Shown here piece after piece: positions 41,786 through 51,479 of a stretch of DNA of 64,000 bases. Every line of letters begins with the position of its first letter. The stretch's first letter is position 1. The stretch is taken from positions 2,891 to 66,890 of the IMG/VR virus record IMGVR_UViG_3300028920_002938. The stretch is one strand, 5' to 3'. The position numbers were made by a program, and so were the translations under genes. A model generated the notes under the pieces. The model was not told where the DNA came from and did not search any database. It saw nothing but the letters and a program-made list of their open reading frames with translations. Source of the DNA: a virus.

Positions 41786-43119
41786 TCTTCCTCCTCTTTT
41801 TTTGGTTCTGGTTCTTCTTCTGGTTCCTCTTCTTCTTCCTCTTCTTCTTCTTCCTCATCAACATCTTCCTGTTCTTCATTAGGTTCATTTGTTGAGTATC
41901 CTTCATATATGATTGTGTTAGCCTCATCTTCATCTATTGGCTTCATACCAAATTTCTTTCTTATCTCGTTAATTGTGAATGGTTTATATTTAGAAGACCT
42001 AAATCCTCTTATTAGATTACCCATCCATTTAGCTTTTTCTGATTCATCTGCTGAACTAACACTTCTAAACTCAATTGATACAATATCTGGATCAAATCTA
42101 TTCTCTTCTAACACTCTATTAAATAATTGTTTTTCTATAATTCTAGATAGTCTTAACTGGAATGATTGAATCATTCTCTCATACATAATTGCCTTAATCT
42201 TTGCAGTTGCTTCTGTTGAACCCCTACCTAATCCAAGAGCCTCTTCTGGACATAGTAATCCAATAATCACTTGTGTCTGGAAGTAATTGAAATATTCTTC
42301 TATTCCAGCTATTCCTTTCTCGTCTATTGTATCTATAGAAACATTCCAAGGAACTATAAATTCATTTTTCTCGTCTATATCTTCTACTTCGTCTCTTATC
42401 TCTTTTAATACACTCTCTGGGGGTAGTTGTCTATCTTTCTCATTTCCAACTGTAAATACAGTCTTAGTAGTACCGTGTCTTATGATTGCATTAGCAATTG
42501 CATTATCTGTCTTTATTTTCTTATCTATAGTATCTCTTGATGCTTGTAGTAATGATATTCCATATGGAGTCTCTGGATTTGAAAAGAACTTAATGTGACA
42601 TATAGTTTCTTTATCAAGTTTTGGTATTCCAGACTTATCTCTAACACCAAGACTTTGCTGATACGACTGAACTATGCCATGTTCATCATATACTATTTCC
42701 ATAGACTTTGGATCAACATCAAGTAATGAAGAAGGTTCTTTCTTTCTATTTAGAACAATTTCCATAAATGCATCTCCTAGAACTAAAGCATATCTAGTAT
42801 TATCTACTAGATGTGAGTCTAAATCTACTTTCTTGCACCATTGAATTATTAAATCTCTAGCTTTGGGATTCTCTGATTCTATATCATATCCAACCATAAC
42901 TGTATTGAATGCTATTGAATTAACAGCTGCCCATACAGTATCTTCGTTTGAATAGTAATCCCAATATTTTTGGAGTTGAGATTTTGTTCTAACTCCCTTC
43001 TGCATACCAAATGACTTTTTCTTTCCAGTTTGTATTACCGACTTTGGTCTACCTTCATCATCCAGATATTTAATAGTTTGAAATGGATTTAATCTTTTAA
43101 TTGAATCAATTATTGACAT
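41782..43119 (-). CDS. Portal protein
   Basis: After terL; VWAAVNSIA, LVLGDAFMEIV, ICHIK..PYGISLL motifs; acidic tail. Confidence 0.9.
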   Translation of the reverse strand: MSIIDSIKRLNPFQTIKYLDDEGRPKSVIQTGKKKSFGMQKGVRTKSQLQKYWDYYSNEDTVWAAVNSIAFNTVMVGYDIESENPKARDLIIQWCKKVDLDSHLVDNTRYALVLGDAFMEIVLNRKKEPSSLLDVDPKSMEIVYDEHGIVQSYQQSLGVRDKSGIPKLDKETICHIKFFSNPETPYGISLLQASRDTIDKKIKTDNAIANAIIRHGTTKTVFTVGNEKDRQLPPESVLKEIRDEVEDIDEKNEFIVPWNVSIDTIDEKGIAGIEEYFNYFQTQVIIGLLCPEEALGLGRGSTEATAKIKAIMYERMIQSFQLRLSRIIEKQLFNRVLEENRFDPDIVSIEFRSVSSADESEKAKWMGNLIRGFRSSKYKPFTINEIRKKFGMKPIDEDEANTIIYEGYSTNEPNEEQEDVDEEEEEEEEEEEPEEEPEPKKEEEE

Positions 43120-43129
43120 TATATCTATC

Positions 43130-43411
43130 TCATTCCTTTTCTTCTACTTTCTTTTTCTTACCCTCAAGAATTATAGTTATAGTTGAGACTTTTCTATCTT
43201 CGTAGTCTTCACTATCTATTTCTATATTTACTTTTGGGTTTATCATCTGTCGCTTTAATATTTCAGCAGTATCAACTGTTGTTTTGATATTGCCACCACG
43301 ACCTAATAATCTAACTGGTTTTTTAGCCTTATTACCTAAAGCCCAAACACCAGCATTTATGTAGCTAATAACAGGCTTATCGCCTATATATACATCCTCA
43401 TATTCCGACAT
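43130..43411 (-). CDS. albA: DNA/RNA-binding protein Alba
   Basis: VYIGDKPVISYI..GRGGNIKTTVDTAEILK..RKVSTITIIL aligns with the Alba consensus IGKKPVMNYV..ARGRAISKAVDVAE..VSTIEI; likely start MSEYED at 43411. Confidence 0.88.
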   Translation of the reverse strand: MSEYEDVYIGDKPVISYINAGVWALGNKAKKPVRLLGRGGNIKTTVDTAEILKRQMINPKVNIEIDSEDYEDRKVSTITIILEGKKKKVEEKE

Positions 43412-43448
43412 ACTGACACCGACTATTTTAACATTGGTTGAAACCACA

Positions 43449-44843
43449 TTATGCCTTTATAACAAAAGGAAGTTTTCTTTTTCTTGCAGTAAATACACTA
43501 GTTACCTTATCCCAATCAACTGGATCTAAATCGTCTTCTGAAGCCTGTATAGCAAAAGCAAGACTGTCTATAGCATCATCGTGCATCCCTCTTGGATAAC
43601 TTATTAGCTCATCAGCTAAAAAGTCTAAACTTGGGTTTATTGTTATTCTATTTGTCTCAAGTAATACACTCAATCTCTGTAATCTAGACCACTTGTCATT
43701 AACCCAAGAAGATTTTAGTTGTTTAATTGGAAGATTGGTAGTATCCTTCCATTCATCAGTTATTATTCTCTGAGCAGCATTAGACTCTATTCCAATCATT
43801 CTTGGTGCCCATTTTTCACTTAATGATTTTATTATTCGTAGTTGTTGACTCATAGATACTTTATCCCTTATACTCTCAACCACGTAGTAGTTATTTGACT
43901 TTGTTTTAGCTACTACGGTAGCTACAAAATAGTCACCTTCAATACTCTTTGAAGCTAAATCTACGCCAATAAATCTCTCGGTATCAGATGGAAATCGTGT
44001 CTCATCCCATCTAGATATTGCGTTATCAACCCATTCTTTCTTTACTGGGGAATCTTCAGTTTGTATTATGTTATTTTGGTACTGCATTTCAAATGCTACT
44101 TTACCAATATGATCGTCACGTAGACGAATCAAATCATCATAGCTAAATCTATCTGGCCAAAGAACCTTCTTTTCCTTGTCATCTAATATAGCTTTAAATC
44201 TTTTTGCTTCGTATAAGTCTTTTGTAGAGAGATAGTTGTGTAAGTCGTCTTCATGCCATCTAGTAGCTATATTTATTATCTTACCCTCAGGTTCAAGCAT
44301 CTCTAGTAATTCAGTTTCATACCATTCTTTTAGTTGTCTTCTTCTGTGAGCTGTTTGGGTATTCTTCCTGTCACACACATCATCTAATATTATTATATCA
44401 TAGTGAGATGATATCTGTGAAGATGTCACTCCTAGAACCTGTAGTGTAGGTTCTTTGTGGATTATTCCACCACCCTTGTTCTTAACTCGTAGTTTTGAAC
44501 GAGACCATAAATTGGATTTCTGTTCCCCAAATAACTCAACTAGCTTTTCATTGTACTCGAGATGGTGACTTATGAAAGTCATCATTTCTTCAGCTTTATT
44601 TTGGTTTACTGTAGTAATTAATATTCTAATTGACGGATCTATTATGATACGCCAAATGATGTACCCCTCAACAATGGTACTCTTACCATGTCCTCTCGGG
44701 GCAAGTAAACAGACAAATTCATTGTCTTCGAATAAATCTAACCATTCTTCGTGGAAGTCCTTTACTGTTAAATTTAGTACTTCTTCCATGAAGGATTTAC
44801 AATTAGTAGTATACTCCAATATCTTCAGATAGTTGTCAGCCAT
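43449..44843 (-). CDS. terL: Terminase large subunit
   Basis: Walker A APRGHGKST, Walker B IILDD, ATRWHEDD, nuclease GVDLA and HDDAIDSL. Confidence 0.96.
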   Translation of the reverse strand: MADNYLKILEYTTNCKSFMEEVLNLTVKDFHEEWLDLFEDNEFVCLLAPRGHGKSTIVEGYIIWRIIIDPSIRILITTVNQNKAEEMMTFISHHLEYNEKLVELFGEQKSNLWSRSKLRVKNKGGGIIHKEPTLQVLGVTSSQISSHYDIIILDDVCDRKNTQTAHRRRQLKEWYETELLEMLEPEGKIINIATRWHEDDLHNYLSTKDLYEAKRFKAILDDKEKKVLWPDRFSYDDLIRLRDDHIGKVAFEMQYQNNIIQTEDSPVKKEWVDNAISRWDETRFPSDTERFIGVDLASKSIEGDYFVATVVAKTKSNNYYVVESIRDKVSMSQQLRIIKSLSEKWAPRMIGIESNAAQRIITDEWKDTTNLPIKQLKSSWVNDKWSRLQRLSVLLETNRITINPSLDFLADELISYPRGMHDDAIDSLAFAIQASEDDLDPVDWDKVTSVFTARKRKLPFVIKA

Positions 44844-44905
44844 TTCAATTATATAAATAAATAAACATTATAACATGTATTGGTTGTATTTGATACTCAA
44901 TGTGT

Positions 44906-45112
44906 TTATTCTTCGGTAGGGTCAGAGTCAGAGAATCCCATAAGGATACCGACTATACCACCTAAGAATGTTACGAATTCTTGCCAAGGTAATACGTCTG
45001 TATATATTCCCATGCCTTCGAATACTCCACCAGCCATATAGCCGAATGCAATACCAATCAAACCTAGGAATATAGACTTCAGTAACTTTGCCAACAGTAA
45101 CTTACTTAGCAT
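44906..45112 (-). CDS. Small two-TM membrane protein (holin-like)
   Basis: Two hydrophobic helices in 68 aa. Confidence 0.55.
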   Translation of the reverse strand: MLSKLLLAKLLKSIFLGLIGIAFGYMAGGVFEGMGIYTDVLPWQEFVTFLGGIVGILMGFSDSDPTEE

Positions 45113-45168
45113 ATTTCTTCCTTTCCCTTATTTATTACAGTTTAATATACATATCGTTGTATAGTTGT

Positions 45169-45417
45169 CTATTCTGTGAGACCATCTTTGTAGTGCATCA
45201 CGATATTATATATTGTTTGTAATATTGCTAGTGTCAAACCAGAATATGCAAGGAACTCTTGTGGTATTAACGGACTACCACTCTCGATTATTGCGATTAC
45301 TGCATTTAATCCACCAGCCATGAATGTTAGAAATAACATTAAAATGAATTTCTTCATAGCTATAGTTAGCTTAAATGCTGGACCTGGTTGATACCAAGCT
45401 ACTTGATCTTTTTTCAT
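45169..45417 (-). CDS. Small two-TM membrane protein (holin-like)
   Basis: Two hydrophobic helices in 82 aa. Confidence 0.55.
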   Translation of the reverse strand: MKKDQVAWYQPGPAFKLTIAMKKFILMLFLTFMAGGLNAVIAIIESGSPLIPQEFLAYSGLTLAILQTIYNIVMHYKDGLTE

Positions 45418-45980
45418 TCACTATCCTCCTTTAATTTTTCTTTTATTTTGTTTCTACACTCTTTACAGAGATCTCGTGAAATATCAAGGAGTAAATTTTT
45501 AATATTTATTTCCTTCTTGTAGATTATGTTTTGTGTTGGCTTGATTATTCTATTGTCAGCAAACTCCCTTAACGAGACCAAATTCTTTCGATATTGATCA
45601 TTCACCTTTTGCCAAGAACTTATAATCTTCTGTACATCTGTAGACTTTAAGTCCTCATTCTTAAGTTTAGACATATAACTTTCTATAGTTCGTCTAGCAT
45701 TTTCTGAGTCTAGAATAGATTCTCTCATCTTTATATTGAATTCTTTTTCCATCAGTTCTGTTGGATCTTTGCTTTCATCTAGTTTAATCTCAAGTCTATC
45801 CTCGTCTTTTTTCTTTAAGAATCTATGTATAGACATAGGACTGATTTCATTTAGTTCTGGTATGTCTGTGTATTTGGTTGATATAGCTTCTGCTATGGCA
45901 TGAGTACTCTTGCCTTCGCTATCCAAGCGAATAACTTCATCTTCCAAATTCCATTTTATTATTTTATTTTTCTTTGTCAT
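45414..45980 (-). CDS. Putative terminase small subunit
   Basis: First gene of the operon; N-terminal HTH-like (GKSTHAIAEAI..ISPMSIHRFL); helical; C-terminal CKEC. Confidence 0.6.
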   Translation of the reverse strand: MTKKNKIIKWNLEDEVIRLDSEGKSTHAIAEAISTKYTDIPELNEISPMSIHRFLKKKDEDRLEIKLDESKDPTELMEKEFNIKMRESILDSENARRTIESYMSKLKNEDLKSTDVQKIISSWQKVNDQYRKNLVSLREFADNRIIKPTQNIIYKKEINIKNLLLDISRDLCKECRNKIKEKLKEDSE

Positions 45981-46137
45981 ATATAGTTTCTCCTATATAT
46001 AATTTAGAATCGAAATATCCCACCATCTACCCGACTTTTCTTGTCACTCCTGTTCGATTATCTATTGTGAGGCAGTGGAATATATAGCTATATACCCTCT
46101 CTCATATATATATATGCAGTCGTAAACCTAGTCATAG

Positions 46138-46152
46138 TATATAAAGGTTTCC
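46138..46152 (-). promoter_or_regulatory. Archaeal BRE/TATA promoter for the morphogenesis operon
   Basis: Minus strand GGAAACC-TTTATATA. Confidence 0.55.
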
Positions 46153-46792
46153 CCTCTATGTATACACCTATATATACACTTTTCGTTATCCTAGTAGAAT
46201 TTTGGCTGGAAGAGGAGAATGCCTTTTTTCTCTTTTCGTTACCCTATGTTGTGGTGACTTAGCGATTAGAAGATACTCCTGTTGCTTAAGGCGTGTTAAT
46301 GTTTCTCACAATATCATTTTTATTAACCATTTTTATATTTAAACTAACAATTGTTAAATTTTAACATTGATTATTGTAATATCATATCTAATATGATATA
46401 TATATTTAGATATTTTTATAATATGAGAAATGGCACATTTTTTTGTTTCGACAATTTTTTATTGTTTTAAGTCTTATTTACACCATTATTCCTTCTTACA
46501 CTATTTTATTAACGATTGTTAATTTGGATAGTCTATTCTCAAACCAAAAACCATATAACAATTTATGCTTAAGTTTTTTGTATTATCATAATATCTAATA
46601 TTATAATATCTAATATTGATATATTGTTATTCTACATTATTTTGATATTACTATTTTACATATTTTTTAATGGTATAATTCCTTATTTTATTTGGTATTT
46701 TTATATAAATATCATAATGTTCAATTTTGTGCATTCTCTCCTGTTGGCACAAATCGACAACTATATAAGTAAACATTGCTTACAGTAATTCC

Positions 46793-47377
46793 ATGAAACA
46801 AAATAAATCAACCGGAATATTTGAGGCAAACGAATTTGCAGAAATACGGGATTTATTGCTTGACGTGGCAAACAATCCCATTAAATACATTGACTATGAA
46901 TATAAGGAACAAAATAATTTATTAGATGATTTTAAAGAATTAATAAAATCATCTGTAAAATATGGTATTCAATTTAGATATACAAATCCAGAGTCAAAAA
47001 AACAAATGATTTACATTGATAAAAAAGACAACAGAATAAAACTATTAGGGGTTAATGGCAATGTAACAAAATCAAATACAATCTTCCACTACAGCAGATT
47101 AAAATACATTATCGCAAAAGGTCAAAACACATTAAGCATAAAGGCAATAACAAAAATTATTGCTGATAGAAAAACAGTTAAAACCATTGATATAGACCAC
47201 TTTGATAATAATAAACAAAACAATCAATTGTCAAACTTAAAACCAGTTCCTCATTCAATCAACGTAAACAATAATTATGATAAACTCAAAAAACTCATTG
47301 CAGAAGGCAAAATCCACCAAGCAAAACAAACAGCAAAAAAATTAGATGTAAGTTACCTTCTAACTTACATCCTCTAA
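46793..47377 (+). CDS. HNH (HNH_3-like) endonuclease
   Basis: DIDHFDNNKQNNQLSNLKPVPHSIN; TATATAAG at 46762-46769 about 24 nt upstream suggests a leaderless mRNA. Confidence 0.8.
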   Translation: MKQNKSTGIFEANEFAEIRDLLLDVANNPIKYIDYEYKEQNNLLDDFKELIKSSVKYGIQFRYTNPESKKQMIYIDKKDNRIKLLGVNGNVTKSNTIFHYSRLKYIIAKGQNTLSIKAITKIIADRKTVKTIDIDHFDNNKQNNQLSNLKPVPHSINVNNNYDKLKKLIAEGKIHQAKQTAKKLDVSYLLTYIL

Positions 47378-47401
47378 TCTTTTTTCTTTTAAGGTGATGA
47401 A

Positions 47402-47578
47402 ATGAAAAAAATATGGAAAACAAAAACCTTCCCAACAAGGAGAGGTGCAATAAATTTTGCAAAAGCGAAAAGTATATCAAAACCCCCATACTGGGATAAA
47501 GCAATTATACCAGATAAGAAAGGTAGACTAATTCAAACTAAAGTTTTTAAGGTTGATTACTTAGGTATTCAATCTTAA
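47402..47578 (+). CDS. Small basic hypothetical protein (58 aa, not in track)
   Basis: GGTGA RBS, MKKIWKTKTFPTRRGA..., followed by a T-tract. Confidence 0.65.
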   Translation: MKKIWKTKTFPTRRGAINFAKAKSISKPPYWDKAIIPDKKGRLIQTKVFKVDYLGIQS

Positions 47579-47742
47579 TCTTTTCTTTTTATTTTTGCCA
47601 TTCCTCTTTATATCTGCAATCCAATATATTAATCGCCATTCCTCTTATTATTCCACTTTCAGAATATTAATCATTTTACATTCCCAGAACATTAACAATT
47701 GTTTAATCTTATTAAAATGAAAGAAAGAAAAAAAAGATGACC

Positions 47743-47874
47743 TTATTGCCATCTTTCATATTTTGGGCTGAGCGTATGACCGCAATCACATACGAACTCT
47801 TCATTTTGGTATTTCTTTATTAGTTCTCTTATGTAATATGCTGTCTTACATTTCTTACATATTATTTTTATCAT
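47743..47874 (-). CDS. 43 aa zinc-finger protein, leaderless (not in track)
   Basis: MIKIICKKCK..FVCDCGHTL; TATA at 47897-47904; T-tract downstream. Confidence 0.7.
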   Translation of the reverse strand: MIKIICKKCKTAYYIRELIKKYQNEEFVCDCGHTLSPKYERWQ

Positions 47875-48002
47875 AATATCATATATAAGATATTAGTATA
47901 TAAACTTATGTATTGCAGTTCCTCTTATTATTTCAGATCTTATATATTAATACCCATATTCTTATATCCTGCATATGTGAAAAAAATAAAGAAAAAAAAG
48001 AA

Positions 48003-48218
48003 TTAATGAGATAAAAGCGTATCAATTTTATCAATGAAACCACTAATGATTAATGAATGGTAGCGTAACTCATCACTTGTTGTTAATAGTTTACAGTTAT
48101 TTGCATCATGCCTTATCATACTGCGTAATTCATATAAGTATTCCTGTAGTATTTTGAAATTTCTCTGTGTTCCAGATAAAGATACATTTGTTATATCTGC
48201 TAATGCTATTCCGTCTAT
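48003..48218 (-). CDS. 71 aa ORF with ATA start (non-canonical start or decayed gene)
   Basis: GGAGGTGA RBS then ATA GAC GGA..., open for 71 codons; own TATA (48263-48270) and T-tract. Confidence 0.5.
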   Translation of the reverse strand: MDGIALADITNVSLSGTQRNFKILQEYLYELRSMIRHDANNCKLLTTSDELRYHSLIISGFIDKIDTLLSH

Positions 48219-48400
48219 TTTATCACCTCCTTTAATTTCATATATCTAATATAGATTATTAGTATATAAACCTTGTGTTTGGCATTCCTCATTATATTTT
48301 CATTCCAGAATATTAATATCCGTCATTCCTCTTTATATCCTAAGATCCAAATATTAATAACTAAATAAAAAAAATATAAAGAAAAAAAAGATAAAGATGT

Positions 48401-48664
48401 TTACTGAAAACCAACATCTGAATTTGGAACATTTTGTTTGCTGTTTATCATATCTGCAAAGTTCTTGATTTTTGTTATTAATTCCTTATTGACAATTACT
48501 ACTAATTCATCTTTTGTAAATTCGCTCTGTAACTTATTGACAATATCTTTCCCAGATATTCCGTCATCTGTATTCATTTTGCTGAATATTTCATCTGTGA
48601 GTTTGATTAATTTGTCGTTTGTTGTTCTCATTACTGCTTGGAATTCTTCAAAGGTTTTTATCAT
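48401..48664 (-). CDS. Small helical hypothetical protein in a cassette
   Basis: GGAGGTGA RBS, TATA at 48711-48718, downstream T-tract. Confidence 0.75.
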   Translation of the reverse strand: MIKTFEEFQAVMRTTNDKLIKLTDEIFSKMNTDDGISGKDIVNKLQSEFTKDELVVIVNKELITKIKNFADMINSKQNVPNSDVGFQ

Positions 48665-48982
48665 TCTTTATCACCTCCTTTTGTTTCTATTATTAAGAAT
48701 GTGTTACAAGTATATAAGTGTTTTGGTTGTCATTCCTCTTATTATTTGTCATATGGAATATTAATCCAGCCTTCCCCATTCCTCTTATTATTTTCCAATC
48801 CAGATATTAATGGTCATTCTGGGCATTCCTCTTATTATCTGAAAAAAAATATAAAAAAGATCTAATCATATATGATTGTCTAAAATTAAACAAAAGAAAA
48901 AAAAGAGATTAAAAAACTTATTTGTGTTTTTCAATCCAAGTTTTAATTTCTATCCAAGTTTTTGGTAGTGCATACTGCATAT

Positions 48983-49297
48983 TTATTTTTCCTTTTTAAT
49001 TTTGTTTATCTGTTTCTGTAATTGTTTTATGTGTTCTAATAGTGTTTGCTCATTGTTTGATTGTTCTGTTTCTGTGTTATTCCATTGTAGTTTTTGCATT
49101 TGTTCAAAGACTTTTGGGAAAATATCCCTTGAGATATTAACGCTATTTCTACCACATCTGTAATTAATGAATTCACTTCCACCATTAACCATACTTCTTA
49201 TAGTATGTGTTCTTGTTTTTGTATTTCCATTATAGGTGTATTTTTCGCTTACCTCTTTTGTATCTAATACTTTACTTTCCATGTTTTTTATCACCAT
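48983..49297 (-). CDS. Small hypothetical protein in a cassette
   Basis: TATA at 49317-49324; GGTGA before the internal ATG at 49282; C-terminal coiled coil. Confidence 0.7.
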   Translation of the reverse strand: MVIKNMESKVLDTKEVSEKYTYNGNTKTRTHTIRSMVNGGSEFINYRCGRNSVNISRDIFPKVFEQMQKLQWNNTETEQSNNEQTLLEHIKQLQKQINKIKKEK

Positions 49298-49847
49298 ATA
49301 GTAATAGACTTATGTATATATAAAGTTTATGGTTGCTATTCCTCTTTTTATTTTGTATGCAGAATATTAATAGTTCTCAATCACTATTCCTCTTATTATA
49401 TTAATCCAAGAATATATATGCTGTTCCTCTTTTTATCTACCTACTCATATTTAATTAGTTCCTCTTTTTATTCAACCTATCTTATAAAACTATCTATATA
49501 TATAGTCTATGGTTAGTCTAAATACTAGTCTAGGTATGCGTGAAACAAAAGGCAATCTAAAATACGGGCTTAAAATTATGTATATAGTAGTGCTTATGGA
49601 AATGAAAAGATGTATATATAAGTAACTAAGTCTAAACACAACATACAACTAATACACACTTAATTTATTACTCTATACAACACTATGTTGTTTTCTCCTT
49701 ATAGACTATCTTATATTCTCTCCTTATACTACCCAAAAATAGGTAGAATTAATCACCTATCTACTACCCAAAATTGAGTAAGTATCGTTACATGTTCCGT
49801 TATAAGTTTATGCTCACTATTCTATACTATACTCTATACTAAGATCA

Positions 49848-49864
49848 CCGAAAAGTATTTAAAT
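49848..49864 (+). promoter_or_regulatory. BRE/TATA promoter for rightward early genes
   Basis: CCGAAAAG-TATTTAAAT about 35 nt before the ATG at 49897. Confidence 0.6.
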
Positions 49865-49896
49865 CACCTGCACTCTAATAGGAATGGTGAAACAAA

Positions 49897-50091
49897 ATGA
49901 CTAACAATAAGAAAATAGAACATAAGGCAACCGACAACACTATCTATGATAGTAGTGATAATGAAAGAATAGGATATAGGATAGGTATGAGTGATAAGGA
50001 ATTTAATGATTACCTAAACTATAAATTAACTGAAGGTATGAGTAAGAAGAATAGATTACTTATACTAAAATATGAAAAGGAGATAGATTAA
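49897..50091 (+). CDS. Hypothetical protein
   Basis: GGTGA RBS; 64 aa. Confidence 0.65.
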   Translation: MTNNKKIEHKATDNTIYDSSDNERIGYRIGMSDKEFNDYLNYKLTEGMSKKNRLLILKYEKEID

Positions 50092-50093
50092 AA

Positions 50094-50981
50094 ATGAAAA
50101 CAAATAGAGTGCATATAATAGAAAATAGTAAAGTCTTTACTAATGAAGTAAAGAAACTAAATAAGAAGGAAATAGAATATGAAAGAGTAGATGGTGAAAA
50201 CTATATATGTTTAATTACTAATCACCACAGTTATCTATTCTATTCAAGTAAGCAGAATGTAAACCATATATTCTTTGTTAGAGTATTTGGCAAAGATAAT
50301 ATACAACAAAGACTAATATCTAAAACAAGTAAGAATGTAACAGAAAAGACTTGGCATGATAAGGATATAGTAGTCTATAAAGATGAGAAAATATCTACAT
50401 ATAGGAATACAGATGTAGGTAATACTACTAATGTGCATAGAGTAGAAAATACAAATGAAACATTAGGTTATCCTTTTAAAAGGAAAATATCATTTGCCTT
50501 TATTAAGGATAGTAAGGATAGATTACAGTATAGGAGAGAATGTATAGAATTATCTAAATACAATAGACAAGGTAAAAGAAAAAAGATGTTAGATGATGTA
50601 TTCTGCACAAGAGTATTAAGACTATTCCTTAATCTAAAAGGGCATACAAATACAGAGATATATAATATACTAAGGGCAGAAGAAACTATATCTGGATATG
50701 CAGTAGTAGAAATAATGGAATACTTATATCAGGTAATAAGCAGTTATCACCCATATTTCTATCATAAGAATGGAACATGTAAGTATAACAAATATATTCT
50801 AAAGGAACAGATAAGACAGATAAAACAAATAGGATTATTAGATTGTGATTATACTTTATGTAAGGTAAATAGAAATGTTCATAAGGATAGTAATCAAATA
50901 AAACAAGAAGATGTTCAGGATTGGCTTAAACAAAGACAAGCACTATTAGATAAGGGTGAATTGTGGGAAGATATAGATTAA
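50094..50981 (+). CDS. Hypothetical basic protein (295 aa)
   Basis: GGAG RBS; followed by a long T-tract terminator at 50985-51012. Confidence 0.75.
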   Translation: MKTNRVHIIENSKVFTNEVKKLNKKEIEYERVDGENYICLITNHHSYLFYSSKQNVNHIFFVRVFGKDNIQQRLISKTSKNVTEKTWHDKDIVVYKDEKISTYRNTDVGNTTNVHRVENTNETLGYPFKRKISFAFIKDSKDRLQYRRECIELSKYNRQGKRKKMLDDVFCTRVLRLFLNLKGHTNTEIYNILRAEETISGYAVVEIMEYLYQVISSYHPYFYHKNGTCKYNKYILKEQIRQIKQIGLLDCDYTLCKVNRNVHKDSNQIKQEDVQDWLKQRQALLDKGELWEDID

Positions 50982-51304
50982 TATCTTTCCTTTTCTTTTT
51001 TTTTTATCTTTTTATATATAGTATTACTTACTTTATCTGGGATTTTTGATTGAAAAAACTTAATTCTTATTATTACTTAGTGATTACCTACTAATGTATT
51101 TGGCTTATTATTAATTATCTATCCTACTATACTATATACTTAATATGGATACAATTATTATATTAATAATTCTATCCTACTTATACTTAAATCAATATAC
51201 TATATATTATAATATTATTAATACATATATTATTAGATATAATAGGTTACCTGATTGTTATTAATATAATTATATATAGTAATAGATATAGATATAAGGC
51301 GTTT

Positions 51305-51367
51305 GGCGAAACATTTAAATATTTTGTCATCATCATATTTAAATCTTTCCGAAAACTTTAAATACGA
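51305..51367 (+). promoter_or_regulatory. Tandem BRE/TATA promoters
   Basis: GGCGAAACATTTAAATA and CCGAAAACTTTAAATA. Confidence 0.55.
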
Positions 51368-51479
51368 TTGAGTTTTTTTGCAGTATTAATGGAATGAAAA
51401 ATTTCAATTATTATTAATTATATATATATTATTAAATCCCATTAATATTTATATCTATTTAATAATTGTAATTATAATT

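Larger units (their letters stand above)
47597..49480. repeat. 12 dispersed copies of the bipartite motif (C/T)(A/G)TTCCTCTT(A/T)TTAT-N~10-ATATTAAT
   Basis: Copies near 47599, 47637, 47916, 48283, 48324, 48731, 48777, 48824, 49337, 49385, 49422 and 49457. Confidence 0.9.

Noticed and set aside
44-44832. Numerous plus-strand ORFs antisense to structural genes (e.g. 14451..15320, 13512..14186, 23395..23868, 19031..19348)
   Set aside because: They are shadows of long minus-strand genes or lack RBS and protein-like composition.
44805-44843. TerL N-terminus (LKILEYT) resembling the capsid N-termini (KMLEYA/KVLEYT)
   Set aside because: The match is too short to distinguish from chance.
46020-46080. 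tRNA-like GTTCGA motifs here and at about 51635
   Set aside because: No cloverleaf stems can be built around them.
47597-49480. CRISPR mini-array
   Set aside because: The repeats are degenerate, irregularly spaced and interleaved with promoters and ORFs; no cas genes are present.
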